From Eubacteriales bacterium (GTDB lineage: Bacteria > Bacillota > Clostridia > Oscillospirales > CAG-272): a stretch of DNA of 64,000 nucleotides. The first letter of the stretch is position 1; every line of letters begins with the position of its first letter. The notes under the pieces were generated by a model. That model was not told where the DNA came from and searched no databases. It worked only from the letters and a program-made list of their open reading frames with translations. The position numbers and the translations under genes were made by a program. The stretch spans positions 7,067 to 71,066 of the forward strand of contig JBBAEK010000001.1 in assembly GCA_041655935.1 (NCBI GenBank), given 5' to 3'. Shown in pieces: positions 62,365 to 64,000 of this stretch.

Positions 62365-64000
62365 TTATAACTTATTCCGTTGGATTTTGCCACTGGTGGT
62401 TTTTGGGAGCTCATCACGGAAAACGATGATGCGGGGGTACTTGTAGGGAGCGGTGCGCTGTTTGATGTAGTCCTGAATCTCTTTTTTCAGCTCCACGGTG
62501 CCCTCGGTGCCGGCGGTCAGCACAATGCTCGCCTTCACCACCTGCCCCCGTAACTCGTCCGGGGCGGCGGACACGCCGCACTCGAGGACATAGGGCAGCT
62601 CCATGATGACATTTTCAATCTCAAAAGGCCCGATGCGGTAGCCCGAACACTTAATGACATCGTCCACGCGCCCCACAAACCAAAAGTAGCCGTCCTCGTC
62701 GCGCCACGCGGTGTCGCCGGTGTGGTAGAGCCCGTCATGCCAACACTCGGCGGTCTTTTCTTCGTCCCGGTAGTACCCGCGGAACAGGCCGCAGGGAGCG
62801 CCTTTGTCCACGCGAAAGACGATCTCCCCCACCTCGCCGACAGGCACGGGGCGGTCATTGGCATCCACCAAATCAATGTCATAGAGGGGCACAGGCTTGC
62901 CCATGGAGCCCAGGCGTGCCTTGGTGCCGTTGAGGTTTGCCAGTGCCACGGTGGTCTCACTCTGCCCAAAGCCCTCCATGATCTGCAGCCCGGTCGCCGC
63001 CTCAAACTGCCGGAACACCTCCGGGTTGAGCGCCTCGCCTGCCGTGGTCATGTGTTCGATGGAGGAAAGGTCAAACTTGGAGAGGTCCCGCTTGATCATC
63101 ATGCGCAGAATGGTGGGCGGCGCGCAGAAGGTGGTGATGTGGTACTTGGCAAACATGGGCAGCAGATCTTCGGCATGGAAGCGCTCAAAGTCATACACGA
63201 AAATGGCAGCCTCGCACAGCCACTGGCCGTAAATTTTACCCCATGCCGCTTTTGCCCAGCCGGTGTCTGCCACCGTCAGGTGCAACCCGTCCGGGTTGAC
63301 GCAATGCCAGTACTTCGCGGTGATGAAATGCCCCAGTGGGTAGGTGTAGTCCAGCATGGCAACCTTAGGGTTGCCGGTGGTGCCGGAAGTGAAGTACATC
63401 AGCATCAACTCTTTCCCGCAGGGGGCGTCATCCGGCCGTTCAAATTTCCCGGTATAGAGACTGTACTCCTCGTCAAACGAGTGCCAGTCCTCCCGTGTGC
63501 CGTTCACCATGATTTTGGTTTGCAGGGTGGGACAGTGAGCGGCCGCCAGGTCGACCTCATGCGCCGTATCGCCGTCTGCCGTACAGAGCACGGCTTTCAC
63601 GCCGGCTTTTTGCAGGCGGTAGGAGATGTCATGTTCCTTGAGCTGGTTGGAGGCGGGAATGGCGACCGCCCCGATTTTATGCAGTGCCAGGACGGCAAAC
63701 CAGAACTGGTAGTGACGCTTCAGAATCAACAGGACATGATCGCCCCGACGGATGCCCAGTGAGCGGAAGTAGTTGGCGGTTTGTGAGGAGGCGCGCTTCA
63801 GGTCCCCGAAGGTAAAGCGCCGCTCGTTTTGATGCACGTCAATATGTAGCATCGCCAGCTTGTCGGGCTGTTCGCGCCCCAGCCGGTCCACCACATCATA
63901 GGCAAAGTTGAACTTGTCTTGGTTTTGGAAGGAGATAGACTCCAGGACGCCGCTTCCATCCTCTTTCGGCAGCACGAAGTCTTCCCAGATTCGTCTGACA
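62365..64000 (-). CDS. AMP-forming acyl-CoA synthetase (medium/short-chain type), 5' end outside the window
   Basis: YFTSGTTGNPK (AMP-binding motif), YHTGD, GYRIGPFEIE, PKTTSGKIQR. The frame is still open at base 64000 (..VRRIWEDFVLPKEDG), so the N-terminus is probably truncated here. Confidence 0.85.
   Translation of the reverse strand, partial: VRRIWEDFVLPKEDGSGVLESISFQNQDKFNFAYDVVDRLGREQPDKLAMLHIDVHQNERRFTFGDLKRASSQTANYFRSLGIRRGDHVLLILKRHYQFWFAVLALHKIGAVAIPASNQLKEHDISYRLQKAGVKAVLCTADGDTAHEVDLAAAHCPTLQTKIMVNGTREDWHSFDEEYSLYTGKFERPDDAPCGKELMLMYFTSGTTGNPKVAMLDYTYPLGHFITAKYWHCVNPDGLHLTVADTGWAKAAWGKIYGQWLCEAAIFVYDFERFHAEDLLPMFAKYHITTFCAPPTILRMMIKRDLSKFDLSSIEHMTTAGEALNPEVFRQFEAATGLQIMEGFGQSETTVALANLNGTKARLGSMGKPVPLYDIDLVDANDRPVPVGEVGEIVFRVDKGAPCGLFRGYYRDEEKTAECWHDGLYHTGDTAWRDEDGYFWFVGRVDDVIKCSGYRIGPFEIENVIMELPYVLECGVSAAPDELRGQVVKASIVLTAGTEGTVELKKEIQDYIKQRTAPYKYPRIIVFRDELPKTTSGKIQRNKL

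Overview
This is a GC-rich chromosomal segment that looks like a spore-forming Clostridia-type Firmicute. The taxon is inferred from spoVT, a pdaA-like deacetylase, Gram-positive style RBSs and hairpin/T-run terminators. I call 56 protein genes, one tRNA-Ser(GGA), a SAM-I riboswitch and a ZTP (pfl-motif) riboswitch. All but 3 genes lie on the minus strand. Most of the window is core anabolism arranged as a co-directional array of about 32 kb. It starts at the argG promoter and runs argG-argH-argC-argJ-argB-argD-argF-carA-carB, then hisZGDCBHAF-IE plus a histidinol phosphatase. A ZTP-gated purE-purM-purN-IMP cyclohydrolase-purH-glyA-purD-purL block follows. The remaining genes are lysC, pgi, a DD-carboxypeptidase, a GNAT, rpsU, folD, lgt, spoVT, nagA with a GH20 hexosaminidase, recD2 and metK. 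There is also an acyl-CoA ligase-ilvE-ATPase-2-oxoacid:ferredoxin oxidoreductase operon. I see no transposase, integrase, prophage, CRISPR array or recognisable defence gene, so I cannot point to a clear-cut new multi-gene system. The candidates worth follow-up are: (1) an unusually short glycyl-radical enzyme plus activase operon with a divergent AraC regulator and no assignable substrate; (2) an in-frame CarB-DapF-like fusion whose DapF-like domain has Ala where the first catalytic Cys belongs; (3) a near-perfect 36-bp x7 tandem repeat that is transcribed with, and in frame with, a divergent MreB-like gene; (4) a protein with a CHCDCACICCCDCCD cysteine cluster behind a sigmaK-like promoter. 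All functional calls rest on motif recognition from memory. No database search was run, and start codons were chosen from RBS and overlap context.
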